Assembly: GCA_946041635.1 (NCBI GenBank)
Contig: CAMGDG010000001.1
Coordinates: 1 to 61,536 of the forward strand
Length of the DNA stretch: 61,536 nucleotides
Source of the DNA: an uncultured Clostridia bacterium
Lineage (GTDB): Bacteria > Bacillota > Clostridia > Oscillospirales > Acutalibacteraceae
Direction: 5' to 3'
Position numbers and translations under genes: made by a program. Every line of letters starts with the position of its first letter. Position 1 is the stretch's first letter. Below the pieces are notes generated by a model. That model made no database searches. It was given only the letters and a program-made list of their open reading frames with translations, and was not told where the DNA came from. Shown piece after piece: positions 43,514-52,956 of the stretch.

Positions 43514-45297
43514 ATCCCATGGCAGGAAGCAAAAGAAAAAGCCAATCGCTTTTAAACGGAGCGTTGGTGTTAAGCCTTGCAACGCTGATAGTAAAAATAA
43601 TAGGCGTAATTTATAAAATCCCTCTTTCAAATATGATAGGTACGGTGGGCAGAGGATATTTTGACTCGGCATACAACCTTTATGTGCCTATTTATACCGT
43701 TTCAATGGCAGGGCTTCCCGTAGCCATTGCCAAAATGGTGTCGCAGCAGATGGCGCTGGGGCATTTTAGAGATGTACGCCTTATTCACAGAGTAGCAAAG
43801 CGGCTTTTCCTGATAATGGGTATTCTGGGAACGCTTACAATGCTTGTTTTGGCATACCCTTACGCATTCTCTGCAAAGAATATGAATGTTCTCCCTGCGA
43901 TTTTCGTTATAACGCCCTCAATATTCTTCTGCTGTATAATGTCAAGCTACCGCGGCTATTATAACGGACTTCGCAATATGACTCCCACGGCTTTTTCACA
44001 GGTTTTTGAAGCCGGCGGAAAGTTGGTTTTCGGTCTTTTATGCGCGAAATGGGTGATAAGCTACGGTTATTCCCGTTTCGAGGCGGGGCTTACCGTTTTC
44101 GGTCAGACCGTATCAAATGAAACCGAGGCTTTAAGCGCAATTTATCCTTATGCGGCGGCGGCCGCTGCGTCAGGCGTAACCTTGGGCACGGTAATCGGTA
44201 TGATTTACCTGCTTATCCTCTATAAAATCAAGGGCGACGGCATTACAAAAACGGAACTTGCCTCTTCTCCCAGGCCGGAGCGGTCGGGCGCAGTTGCCAA
44301 AAAGATTATTGTTTTTGCAATTCCCGTTGTGGCGAGCTCTCTTGTTTTCAGCATTACAAACCTTATCGACGCCGTTACAATCCAAAACCGCCTTGAACAT
44401 ATGATAGCAAATAATATGGACTATATCAGAAGCGTTTATGCAACGGAACTTGCAGGGGTGCTTGATGCCGATGTAAAGAATTTCCTTTACGGTGCGTATT
44501 CACTTTCTCTCGATTTTAAAAACTTAATTCCCTCCCTTACCATGCCTTTGGGAATAAGCGCCATTCCTGCGCTTTCAGCCGCATGGGCGATAAAAAGCAA
44601 AAAGCAGATAAAAACCTCAATCGAAGCGGTACTTCGTATTACAATGATGATAGCAATGCCCTGCGGAATAGGCTTAGCTGTTCTTTCACAGCCTGTTTTG
44701 GCGGTGTTTTACGGCAGCGGAAACTCGGCGGCAGGTATTTCAATAGCGGCTCCCGTAATGTCGGTTTACGGAGTTACGGTTTTCCTAACTGCTTTGGCAC
44801 AGCCCATGACCAATATGCTTCAAGCCCTTGATAAGGCAAAAATACCCCTTGTATCCCTTTCAATCGGCGCAGTTGCAAAGGTGGTGGCAAACTATATTCT
44901 CGTGGGAATACCGAAAATAAATGTTAACGGAGCGGTTATAGGTACTGTTGTTTGCTATGCGTTAATCGTAATAATAAATCTTTGTGCTTTGATTTTCACA
45001 GCAAAAATAAGAATAAACTTTATGTCGGTTTTCGTAAAACCGATTTTCTGCGGTATTCTCTGCGGCTTGGCGGCATATACATCTTTCGGCATTTGCAACA
45101 GATTTATCCCTCCGTTTTCCGTTGCGGGGCATTCTCTTAAAGACCTGCTCTCTTTGGGATTTGCTATCTGTTTCGGCGGAATTGTGTATGTGATTTCCAT
45201 GCTTTTGATAAAAGGTATAGCAAAAGATGATATAATTATGCTCCCAAAGGGAGAAAAAATCGCAAAAATACTTGCAAAATATGGATTTATAGAGTAA
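43510..45297 (+). CDS. MOP-superfamily flippase (YabM/SpoVB/MurJ-like polysaccharide biosynthesis protein)
   Basis: 595 aa, about 14 TM helices, upstream of mazG as for B. subtilis yabM. Start is GTG 43510 or ATG 43519. Confidence 0.8.
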   Translation: MNPMAGSKRKSQSLLNGALVLSLATLIVKIIGVIYKIPLSNMIGTVGRGYFDSAYNLYVPIYTVSMAGLPVAIAKMVSQQMALGHFRDVRLIHRVAKRLFLIMGILGTLTMLVLAYPYAFSAKNMNVLPAIFVITPSIFFCCIMSSYRGYYNGLRNMTPTAFSQVFEAGGKLVFGLLCAKWVISYGYSRFEAGLTVFGQTVSNETEALSAIYPYAAAAAASGVTLGTVIGMIYLLILYKIKGDGITKTELASSPRPERSGAVAKKIIVFAIPVVASSLVFSITNLIDAVTIQNRLEHMIANNMDYIRSVYATELAGVLDADVKNFLYGAYSLSLDFKNLIPSLTMPLGISAIPALSAAWAIKSKKQIKTSIEAVLRITMMIAMPCGIGLAVLSQPVLAVFYGSGNSAAGISIAAPVMSVYGVTVFLTALAQPMTNMLQALDKAKIPLVSLSIGAVAKVVANYILVGIPKINVNGAVIGTVVCYALIVIINLCALIFTAKIRINFMSVFVKPIFCGILCGLAAYTSFGICNRFIPPFSVAGHSLKDLLSLGFAICFGGIVYVISMLLIKGIAKDDIIMLPKGEKIAKILAKYGFIE

Positions 45298-45318
45298 AAT
45301 AAAGAAGTAAAGTAAAGG

Positions 45319-46134
45319 GTGGCGGCAATGACGGAAGGTTTTAAGTTTAAAGATAGTTACGGTATTCAGGACCTTGCTGAAATTGTTCGTATTCTCCGTG
45401 CCCCCGGCGGATGCCCGTGGGACCGTGAGCAAACCCATAAAACCATTCGCCGTGATTTTCTTGAAGAAACCTATGAGGTAATCGAGGCAATCAACAAAAA
45501 CGATACGGAATTGTTGAAAGAAGAACTCGGTGATGTTCTTCTTCAAGTGGTTTTTCATTCGCAGATTGAAACGGAAAAAGGCTCCTTTGATTTAAACGAT
45601 GTTGCCGACGGTATCTGCAAAAAGATGATTGAGCGCCATCCCCATGTTTTCGGAACAGCAGTTGCGGAAAACAGCGAGCAGGTGCTTGAAAATTGGGACG
45701 CTATAAAAAAGCGTACCAAAAATCAAAAAAGCCAGACCGACTCAATGCTTTCCGTGCCCCGTGAATTCCCCGCGCTTATGCGTGCGGATAAGGTGCAGAA
45801 AAAAGCCTCGAAGGCAGGCTTTGATTGGGACAGCGCAGAGGGTGCTTTTGATAAGGTGGAGGAAGAGCTTGCCGAATTAAAGGCGGCTGTGAAAAAAGGC
45901 GACGGCACTAATACCTTGGAGGAATTGGGAGATTTGCTTTTCTCCGTTGTAAATGTTTCAAGGTTTATAGGCGTTGACAGCGAGGAAGCCCTCACAAAAG
46001 CCACCGATAAGTTTATTGACAGGTTTTCAAAAGTTGAAAAGCTTGCCGCAGAGAAAGGCATTGATATGAAAAGTGCCGAGCTTTGGGAGCTTGACGAACT
46101 TTGGGATATAGCAAAAGCGTCAAAAAAGGATTGA
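45319..46134 (+). CDS. mazG: MazG nucleoside triphosphate pyrophosphohydrolase
   Basis: Two MazG repeats: EETYEVIEAI/ELGDVLLQVV and EELGDLLFSVVN. Start is GTG 45319 or ATG 45328. Confidence 0.9.
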   Translation: MAAMTEGFKFKDSYGIQDLAEIVRILRAPGGCPWDREQTHKTIRRDFLEETYEVIEAINKNDTELLKEELGDVLLQVVFHSQIETEKGSFDLNDVADGICKKMIERHPHVFGTAVAENSEQVLENWDAIKKRTKNQKSQTDSMLSVPREFPALMRADKVQKKASKAGFDWDSAEGAFDKVEEELAELKAAVKKGDGTNTLEELGDLLFSVVNVSRFIGVDSEEALTKATDKFIDRFSKVEKLAAEKGIDMKSAELWELDELWDIAKASKKD

Positions 46135-46176
46135 TGTCCTTTGGAGATAAAGAGAAAAAATTTGGAGGAATTACAA

Positions 46177-46449
46177 ATGAATAAGACAGAACTCGTAGCA
46201 GCAGTTGCCGAGAAGGCAGGCATTTCAAAGAAAGATGCAGACGCAGCAGTAGCAGCAGTAGTTGCTTCCGTTACAGACGCACTTGCAAAGGGTGAGAAGG
46301 TTCAGCTCATCGGCTTCGGCACATTTGAGACTCGTGCACGCGCTGCAAAGCAGGCTCGCAACCCCAGAACAGGCGAGACAATGACAGTTCCCGCAACAAA
46401 GGTTCCCGCTTTCAAAGCAGGCGCAGCACTCAAAGAAGCTGTTAAATAA
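46177..46449 (+). CDS. hup: HU family DNA-binding protein
   Basis: ORF from 46141. ATG 46177 is preferred (RBS GGAGG). MNKTELV...GFGTFETRARAAKQARNPRTGE. Confidence 0.95.
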   Translation: MNKTELVAAVAEKAGISKKDADAAVAAVVASVTDALAKGEKVQLIGFGTFETRARAAKQARNPRTGETMTVPATKVPAFKAGAALKEAVK

Positions 46450-46467
46450 TTTTAGCTTTTAAAAAAT

Positions 46468-46499
46468 AGGGAGCCTTTTATAAGGCTCCCTCATTTTTA
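46468..46499 (+). terminator. Rho-independent terminator after hup
   Basis: AGGGAGCCTT-TTAT-AAGGCTCCCT followed by CATTTTT. Confidence 0.85.
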
Positions 46500-46518
46500 T
46501 CCAAAAAGGAAAATAAAT

Positions 46519-46761
46519 ATGCGATTAGATAAGTTTTTAAAGGTATCAAGAATAATAAAGCGCCGCACCGTTGCAAACGAGGTGTGCGACGCAGGTCATG
46601 TATCCGTAGGCGGCAGAGCGGTAAAAGCCTCTTATGATGTAAAAGAGGGGGATATTCTCGAAATCCGCTTCGGAGAAAAGGTTACAAAATATAAGGTGAT
46701 AAATGTCACCGAATACGCCACAAAGCAGTCCGCAGGCGATATGTATGAGGAAATAAAATAG
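46519..46761 (+). CDS. S4-domain RNA-binding protein (YabO-like)
   Basis: MRLDKFLKVSRIIKRRT, 80 aa. Confidence 0.85.
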   Translation: MRLDKFLKVSRIIKRRTVANEVCDAGHVSVGGRAVKASYDVKEGDILEIRFGEKVTKYKVINVTEYATKQSAGDMYEEIK

Positions 46762-46800
46762 TTTATTTTTCCGCAATACTGCGTTGCGTTTATCGTGCTT

Positions 46801-46870
46801 GTAGGGGCGATTCAATTGTCGCCCGTTTCGAGTCGGTGTATTTTTCGGCGGGGCAGACAGCGCCCTACCG
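46801..46870. repeat. Pair of inverted GC-rich REP-like palindromes
   Basis: GTAGGGGCGATTCAATTGTCGCCCG at 46801-46825, and CGGCGGGGCAGACAGCGCCCTACCG at 46846-46870. The reverse complement of the latter resembles 19046..19072. Confidence 0.6.
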
Positions 46871-46885
46871 TGTTATAATTAGTTT

Positions 46886-46916
46886 CGGTAAAAAGGGGAC
46901 AGTCCCTTTTTTACCG
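46886..46916. terminator. Bidirectional terminator between the S4 gene and dut
   Basis: CGGTAAAAAGGGGAC-A-GTCCCTTTTTTACCG. Confidence 0.8.
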
Positions 46917-46926
46917 ATTTCAATTT

Positions 46927-47367
46927 TCATTTCGTGCCTGTTGAGCCGAAGCCGCCTGCGCCTCGGTCTGTATCGTCAAGGCTTTCCACCTCAATAATTT
47001 CGGGCATTTCCACTTTTTTAATCACCATTTGGGCAATGCGTTCAAAGGGCTCTATTGTGTAGGGCTCTTTTATTTGATTTATAACTCCCACGCAGATTTC
47101 GCCACGGTAGTCGCTGTCGATAACGCCGACAGAGTTTAAAAGTCCTATTCCGTGCTTAACGGCAAGCCCGCTGCGTGAGTGAATAAAAGCTCCGTAATGA
47201 ATATCGTCAAGACCTATGGCAATTCCCGTGGGGATAACCGCCGTATCGCCGCAGTTTAATGTTATGGGGGCGTCAATGCAGGCGTATAAATCAAGCCCTG
47301 CGCTGCCCTCTGTTCCCCTGGTGGGGATTTTAGCGTTTTCACGAACCTTTTTTATTTTTAATTCCAT
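46927..47367 (-). CDS. dut: dUTP diphosphatase
   Basis: AGLDL, RSGLAVKHG and GVIDSDYRGE motifs. Confidence 0.95.
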   Translation of the reverse strand: MELKIKKVRENAKIPTRGTEGSAGLDLYACIDAPITLNCGDTAVIPTGIAIGLDDIHYGAFIHSRSGLAVKHGIGLLNSVGVIDSDYRGEICVGVINQIKEPYTIEPFERIAQMVIKKVEMPEIIEVESLDDTDRGAGGFGSTGTK

Positions 47368-49406
47368 TACTCTACACCTCTGTATAAAAGTCCTCGGGTA
47401 AATTCAGCCCGGGGCTTTTCTCCGTTTTTATAGGCATTTATTATTTCTTCAACCTCTGTTTTGCCCTCAACGGTAAAATTGAAAAACAAAATATCGCAGG
47501 GTGGGATTTCCCTCATTCTGTCCGCTAAATAAACGGGGCGTGAATTGAGAATTTCCGAATACCCCATACGGCACCTTACAGGGAATTTTATCCCCATTCT
47601 GTCCGTAATATCGCTCTGCCGCTTACATTCCGAACAGCTTTTGCCGTTTTTAACGGGACAGTTCCTTGTGAGCATAAGGGGCAGTCTGCCGTAAACGGTA
47701 ATTCCTTTCGGTATGGGCGAGGAAATTTTGCCGAAATTATCCAAGGTACATTCGCTTGATATAATCGCCTCGCAAATTCCCGTTTCCTTTGCCTTGTCCA
47801 TTGAAAGGGAGTTAAGAATGTTCATTGAAGGGGAGGCAACCGGTTTTTTGCCGCACTTTTTTGCCAATGCAACCGCATCAAGAGTGTGGCAAAGCACAGT
47901 TTGGGCGGGGCATTGGGCTAAAAGCTTTTCAACCTTTTCACCGTTGCCGAACATACCGTGGGGCAGTTCAACGCCTAAATTTTCTTTGCTTTTGCAAAGC
48001 TTGTAGTCCTCAATGGGCACAAAGCAAACGCCGTCTTTTATATTTTCGGGCATTTGCTCACAACTGTCAAAGCGGAAGTATTTTTTTCGTAAATTTTCCG
48101 ATTCAACATCTGTCGGCAGGGGAGCGGGGAAAATTTTTCGCTCACGGGGAGCCGCCATATCCTTTTCAAGCATTTCCAAAGCCGACCGCCTCATAGCGTT
48201 GAGTGCGGAAATCGGGAGGGAATAGTCAATTTCACCCTCAATTTCAACACTTTCTGCCTCAAACTGGGTTCCGCCGCATTTCGATAAAGCGTCGGTCACC
48301 CTGTCAGGGGATAAAGGGCGGTTTATGGGCGCTTCGCAAAGCATATCACTGTTTACAGTCACGCTTTTTTCACCGCAAAGGGAAGTAAGACTTGCTTTTT
48401 CACCTATTTTGCCGTCGAATTTGAATTTCACGTTGTATCGCGGCTGTTCCTTTTCATAAACCGCTTCGTACTTTTTTAAAAGCTCCTTGGTGGCAGACTG
48501 CACATTTTCTTTTTCACGAAAACCGAACATATTTCTGCCAAGCATACTTTTATAATATCCGTCAGTAAACCCTGAACGGGAGAATAAATCCTCCAAATCC
48601 TTTTGAACAGCGGGGGAATATCCACCCCCTGCCGCCGCTTTGCAGGCAGTCACCGCCGCACTTACATATTCGGGGCGCTTCATTCTGCCCTCAATTTTAA
48701 AAGAACAAACGCCCATTTCGGCAAGCTTTGGGATATATTCAATAAGGGATAAATCTTTTAAACTCAAATCGTGTCCTGTACCGTTTTGCACCTTAAATGG
48801 CAGTCGGCAGGGCTGTGCGCAAAGGCCTCTGTTGCCGCTTCGTGAGCCTAAAACAGCGCTCATAAGGCATTGCCCCGAAACGCACATACAAAGAGCACCG
48901 TGAACAAAAACTTCAAGGTCGAGAGGAGATTTTTCGCAAAGCTCTTTAATTTCTTCAACACTTAATTCTCTCGGCAGAACGGCACGGGTAAAGCCCAGCT
49001 TTTTAAGCTCGTGAAGTCCGAAAAGCGTTCCCGTACTCAACTGTGTTGAGGCGTGCATTTCAATCTCGGGGCAAACTGTGTGTATAAGTTTTGCCACGCC
49101 CAAATCCTGCACAATTACCGCATCGGCACCGAATAAGCATATCTTTTTCACGGCTATTGCGGCGGTTTCAAGCTCCGAATCCTTAATAAGGGTGTTAAGC
49201 GTAATATGTACCTTAACACCCCTCCTGTGACAGTATTCTATTGCATTTTTAAACTGTTCCTCTGTAAAATTCTGCGCATTCCGCCGTGCGTTAAAGTCGG
49301 GAAGTCCCAAATAAACCGCGTCTGCACCGGAGAGTACAGCCGCTTTGAGCATTTCTTCATTGCCTACGGGCGCAAGAATTTCAATGTTATTTCTTTGAGT
49401 CGTCAT
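47367..49406 (-). CDS. U32-family peptidase-like protein (long form with a C-terminal DUF3656-type region)
   Basis: IEILAPVG...GADAVYLG and EVFVHGALCMCVSGQC. ORF to 49430 (TTG); ATG 49406 is preferred by N-terminal length. Confidence 0.85.
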   Translation of the reverse strand: MTTQRNNIEILAPVGNEEMLKAAVLSGADAVYLGLPDFNARRNAQNFTEEQFKNAIEYCHRRGVKVHITLNTLIKDSELETAAIAVKKICLFGADAVIVQDLGVAKLIHTVCPEIEMHASTQLSTGTLFGLHELKKLGFTRAVLPRELSVEEIKELCEKSPLDLEVFVHGALCMCVSGQCLMSAVLGSRSGNRGLCAQPCRLPFKVQNGTGHDLSLKDLSLIEYIPKLAEMGVCSFKIEGRMKRPEYVSAAVTACKAAAGGGYSPAVQKDLEDLFSRSGFTDGYYKSMLGRNMFGFREKENVQSATKELLKKYEAVYEKEQPRYNVKFKFDGKIGEKASLTSLCGEKSVTVNSDMLCEAPINRPLSPDRVTDALSKCGGTQFEAESVEIEGEIDYSLPISALNAMRRSALEMLEKDMAAPRERKIFPAPLPTDVESENLRKKYFRFDSCEQMPENIKDGVCFVPIEDYKLCKSKENLGVELPHGMFGNGEKVEKLLAQCPAQTVLCHTLDAVALAKKCGKKPVASPSMNILNSLSMDKAKETGICEAIISSECTLDNFGKISSPIPKGITVYGRLPLMLTRNCPVKNGKSCSECKRQSDITDRMGIKFPVRCRMGYSEILNSRPVYLADRMREIPPCDILFFNFTVEGKTEVEEIINAYKNGEKPRAEFTRGLLYRGVE

Positions 49407-49776
49407 TATTCTTGTTTTCCGATTTTGCAAACAGATTTATCTGGTCGTCCTTAAATTTTGCCTCGGTCTTAATGCGTTCAAGCTCACGCTTGTAGTAATC
49501 CCGTTCGGACTTTGCCTTTGCGGAATCTTCAAGATAATCCTTAATCTGGTTGCGGAAATTTTCAACATTCTTTTCGCTTTTTGAAAGCTCGTCGGCAAAC
49601 TCCAATGCCACAAGTACAGCCGCCTGTGTCATAGTAACAAGGGCGCCGCCTTTCATAATTTCAGCCATTCTTTCGTCAATTCTTTTGCCAAGCGCTTCGG
49701 TGTATTCAACACTTTCATCGGTGTTTATAAAATATTTTACGCCTCTTATATCAAGCTTAACTTTATTCATATCCAT
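49387..49776 (-). CDS. zapA: Cell division protein ZapA
   Basis: 129 aa with a ZapA-like N-terminal domain (VKLDIRGVKYFINTDE) plus a coiled-coil tail. Confidence 0.75.
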   Translation of the reverse strand: MDMNKVKLDIRGVKYFINTDESVEYTEALGKRIDERMAEIMKGGALVTMTQAAVLVALEFADELSKSEKNVENFRNQIKDYLEDSAKAKSERDYYKRELERIKTEAKFKDDQINLFAKSENKNNDDSKK

Positions 49777-49837
49777 AATTTTTTACACCCCGATACAATA
49801 TAGTTCAAGAGTATTGTATCATATTAAAGCGTATTTT

Positions 49838-50140
49838 TCAACTTCTGTGTCGGAAAATGGAATCGAAAATATTGGGATTGGTGCATCGTTTACATTCGGC
49901 AGGACATTCAAAGTCCACAAGTATGGTATCGTCGCCGATAACCTTAATATCCTTCCAGCAAATTTTTATGTCCTCATATCTGCCGAAAAGTCCGAAAAAC
50001 CTTGACCTGCCGAAAATGATAACGGAAACAAGACAGCCCGTGCAGGTGTCAATCTCCACATCGCAAACACAGCCCAAGCGACAGCCGTCCTTTAAATTTA
50101 TAACCTCTTTTTCACGCATATCGGTTATACAGCAATTCAT
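49838..50140 (-). CDS. YlmC/YmxH-family sporulation protein (PRC barrel)
   Basis: DMREKEVINLKDGCRLGCVCDVEID. Confidence 0.85.
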   Translation of the reverse strand: MNCCITDMREKEVINLKDGCRLGCVCDVEIDTCTGCLVSVIIFGRSRFFGLFGRYEDIKICWKDIKVIGDDTILVDFECPAECKRCTNPNIFDSIFRHRS

Positions 50141-50190
50141 AAAAACACCCCTGTTAATAATATTTAGCAGGGGTGCGGGTTATTACTTAT

Positions 50191-50958
50191 TTACGATTCT
50201 TTTATTTTTTTAATAGCGCCCTTTTCAAGGCGGCTGACCTGTGCCTGACTTATGCCAACCTCCTTTGCAACCTCCATCTGCGTTTTGCCCTGCATAAAGC
50301 GTAGATTAAGAATTTGCTTTTCACGGTCGCCAAGGTGTTTTATTGCTTCTTTTATGGAAATTTCGTTGAGCCAGTCCTCATCGCTTTCCGCACCGCCAAC
50401 TTGATCCATAACATAAATTGTGTCGCCGCCGTCGGAATATACAGGCTCGTAAAGTGATATAGGCTCAACTATCGCTTCAAGCGCCAGCACCACGTCAACA
50501 GGCTCTAATTCCATCTCTTTTGCGATTTCTTCAATTGTGGCGTCCCTGCCCAAATCGTTTTGAATACGCTCCTTTATCTGCATGGCATGGTAAGCGGTGT
50601 CCCTTAAAGAACGACTCACCCGAATTGTGTTGTAATCTCTTAAATACCGCCTTATTTCACCTATAATCATTGGAACGGCATATGTGGAAAAGCGCACATT
50701 CTGTGTAATATCAAAATTATCAATCGCTTTAATAAGACCGATACAGCCCACCTGAAAAAGGTCGTCGGGATTTTCGCCTCGGTTGGCAAATCGCTGAATA
50801 ACCGACAGCACAAGGCGCAGATTCCCCTCGATTAACCGGCTTCTCGCCGTTTCGTCACCTGCTTTTACCTTTTTTAAAAGCTCTGTCTTTTCCGCCTCTT
50901 TCAGCACCTTTAATTTTGATGTATTAACTCCGCATATTTCAACTCTGTTGTACTGCAC
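50191..50958 (-). CDS. sigG: Sporulation sigma factor SigG
   Basis: VEICGVNTSKLKVLK...GNLRLVLSVIQRF...DDLFQVGCIGLIKAIDNFD...FSTYAVPMIIGEIRRYLRD. Confidence 0.9.
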   Translation of the reverse strand: MQYNRVEICGVNTSKLKVLKEAEKTELLKKVKAGDETARSRLIEGNLRLVLSVIQRFANRGENPDDLFQVGCIGLIKAIDNFDITQNVRFSTYAVPMIIGEIRRYLRDYNTIRVSRSLRDTAYHAMQIKERIQNDLGRDATIEEIAKEMELEPVDVVLALEAIVEPISLYEPVYSDGGDTIYVMDQVGGAESDEDWLNEISIKEAIKHLGDREKQILNLRFMQGKTQMEVAKEVGISQAQVSRLEKGAIKKIKES

Positions 50959-50987
50959 ATAAATCTTCCTTTACTATTTTATGTACA

Positions 50988-51020
50988 GAAAAAAGCTCCT
51001 GCTTTATTATGAGCAGGAGC
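50988..51020 (-). terminator. Rho-independent terminator after glmS
   Basis: GCTCCTGCT ... AGCAGGAGC stem. The minus strand is followed by TTTTTT. Confidence 0.8.
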
Positions 51021-51060
51021 CTGATATTTTATAATGAGTTTTGTAAAAAATATTACCGCA

Positions 51061-52878
51061 TTATTCCACCGTTACAGATTTTGCAAGATTTCTCGGTTTG
51101 TCAACATCACAGCCTCTCAAAACCGTTGTGTGATACGCCAAGAGCTGTAACGGTACAACCGTCAGAGACGGTGTGAGGAATCTTGAAGCGTCAGGGATAT
51201 ATATAACCTCATCTGCCGCTTGTTCAATGCCCTTCGCTCCCTCCTTAACAACGGCGATAACATAAGCGCCTCTTGCGTGAACCTCTTTGATATTGGATAG
51301 CATTTTACCATACAGCGCGTCATCGGTGGCAACGGCGGCAACTATTGTGCCCTCCTCAACAAGGGATATTGTGCCGTGCTTTAATTCGCCTGCGCCGTAG
51401 CCCTCGCAGTGGATATATGAAATCTCTTTCAGCTTTAAAGAGCCTTCAAGACAAAGCGGATAGTCAATTCCTCTGCCGATAAAAAACATATGTTCTTTTT
51501 GACTTACCGATTTTGCAAGCTGTGCGGTTTTTTCATCTGTGTTCAGCGCACTTTGGATTTTTTCGGGGAGAGAAAGTATTTCATCGGTAAATTCTTTTAA
51601 TTCGCTCTCCGAAACACAGCCTTTTTCATATGATAAATACGACGCCAATACATAAGAAACGCCGAGCTGTGCCGAAAACGCCTTTGTTGTGGCAACTGCG
51701 ATTTCCGCACCTGCGTTTGTGTATATCACGCCGTCACTCTCTCTTGCAATTGTACTGAACATAACATTCACGATTGAGAGAGTAAATGCGCCTCTCTTTT
51801 TTGCCTCTCTGAGAGATGCAAGGGTGTCTGCCGTTTCACCCGACTGGCTTATGAATATGCAAAGGTCACCCTTTTCGATAATTGGATTTCTGTATCTGAA
51901 TTCGCTGGCAATATCAACCGTTACGGGTATTCTCGCCATATCCTCGATAATATATTTTGCCGTCATTCCCACATGGTAGGCACTGCCGCAGGCTACAATG
52001 TAAATTCTTTGAAGATTTTTCACAAAGCCTTCGGGGAACTTAAAGGGAAGCTGAATTTTACCGTTTTTGATAAGGGGAGAAACAGTATCCTTGACCGCTT
52101 TTGGCTGTTCGTAAATTTCTTTTTCCATAAAGCAGTCATATCCGCCCTTTTCGGCGTCGTCAACGCTTAAATTTACTTTTTTTATTTCAGCATTTTTCTT
52201 TTCTCTGCTTTTGTCATATACGGTTATACTGTCTTTTCCAATTTCAATAAATTCACCGTCGTTTACGATATAACACTCATTTGTATAGGGAAGAAGGGCA
52301 GGAATATCCGAGGCTAAATAGTTTTCGTTTTTACCTTTGCCTACAATCAGCGGACTGTCCTTTTTCATTGCAAAAACCTTGTCGCCCTCACCCTTTACAA
52401 GCATAGCGACTGCATATGAGCCTTCAAGGCGCTGTGAAACTTCAATCATCGTGTCTACTGCGTCACCGTCAAAAAAGAAATCAAAAAGCTGGGCGATAAC
52501 CTCTGTATCCGTTTCTGACTTAAATTCGTATCCTTTTTTTATAAGCTCGTCTTTAATTTCAAGATAGTTTTCGATAATACCGTTGTGAACAAGTGTTACA
52601 ATGCCGTTTTGCGATTTGTGGGGATGAGCATTTGACTTATCGGGTATGCCGTGGGTTGCCCATCTCGTGTGGCCTATTCCCACCGTGCCGCAAGGATTTT
52701 CCTCCTTTACCGACTTTTGCAGATTGTCAATTCTGCCCTTTTCCTTTATTACTGAAATTTCATCGCCTTTAACGGCAATTCCCGCCGAGTCGTAGCCTCT
52801 GTATTCGAGGCGGCGAAGCCCCTCAATAAGTATGGGAGCCGCCTGCTCCTCTCCGATGTAACCTACTATTCCGCACAT
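51061..52878 (-). CDS. glmS: Glutamine-fructose-6-phosphate aminotransferase
   Basis: MCGIVGYIG N-terminal nucleophile, two SIS domains, C-terminal KSVTVE. Confidence 0.97.
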   Translation of the reverse strand: MCGIVGYIGEEQAAPILIEGLRRLEYRGYDSAGIAVKGDEISVIKEKGRIDNLQKSVKEENPCGTVGIGHTRWATHGIPDKSNAHPHKSQNGIVTLVHNGIIENYLEIKDELIKKGYEFKSETDTEVIAQLFDFFFDGDAVDTMIEVSQRLEGSYAVAMLVKGEGDKVFAMKKDSPLIVGKGKNENYLASDIPALLPYTNECYIVNDGEFIEIGKDSITVYDKSREKKNAEIKKVNLSVDDAEKGGYDCFMEKEIYEQPKAVKDTVSPLIKNGKIQLPFKFPEGFVKNLQRIYIVACGSAYHVGMTAKYIIEDMARIPVTVDIASEFRYRNPIIEKGDLCIFISQSGETADTLASLREAKKRGAFTLSIVNVMFSTIARESDGVIYTNAGAEIAVATTKAFSAQLGVSYVLASYLSYEKGCVSESELKEFTDEILSLPEKIQSALNTDEKTAQLAKSVSQKEHMFFIGRGIDYPLCLEGSLKLKEISYIHCEGYGAGELKHGTISLVEEGTIVAAVATDDALYGKMLSNIKEVHARGAYVIAVVKEGAKGIEQAADEVIYIPDASRFLTPSLTVVPLQLLAYHTTVLRGCDVDKPRNLAKSVTVE

Positions 52879-52956
52879 AAATATGCCTCCTGTACGCTTT
52901 CGTGTTGTATTTTTTCTTTTTATATTGACAATAATAATTCAAAAGGGGGCAGTAAT

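Noticed and set aside
44962-46223. Minus-strand ORFs 44962..45558 and 45723..46223
   Set aside because: They are antisense to the flippase and mazG genes. The 45723 ORF is Ser/Ala/Phe low-complexity.
52879-52956. glmS ribozyme upstream of glmS
   Set aside because: Only 78 nt separate glmS from the divergent gene, which is too short for the ~170-nt ribozyme. I could not find the conserved core. glmS here appears to lack this Firmicute-typical control element.
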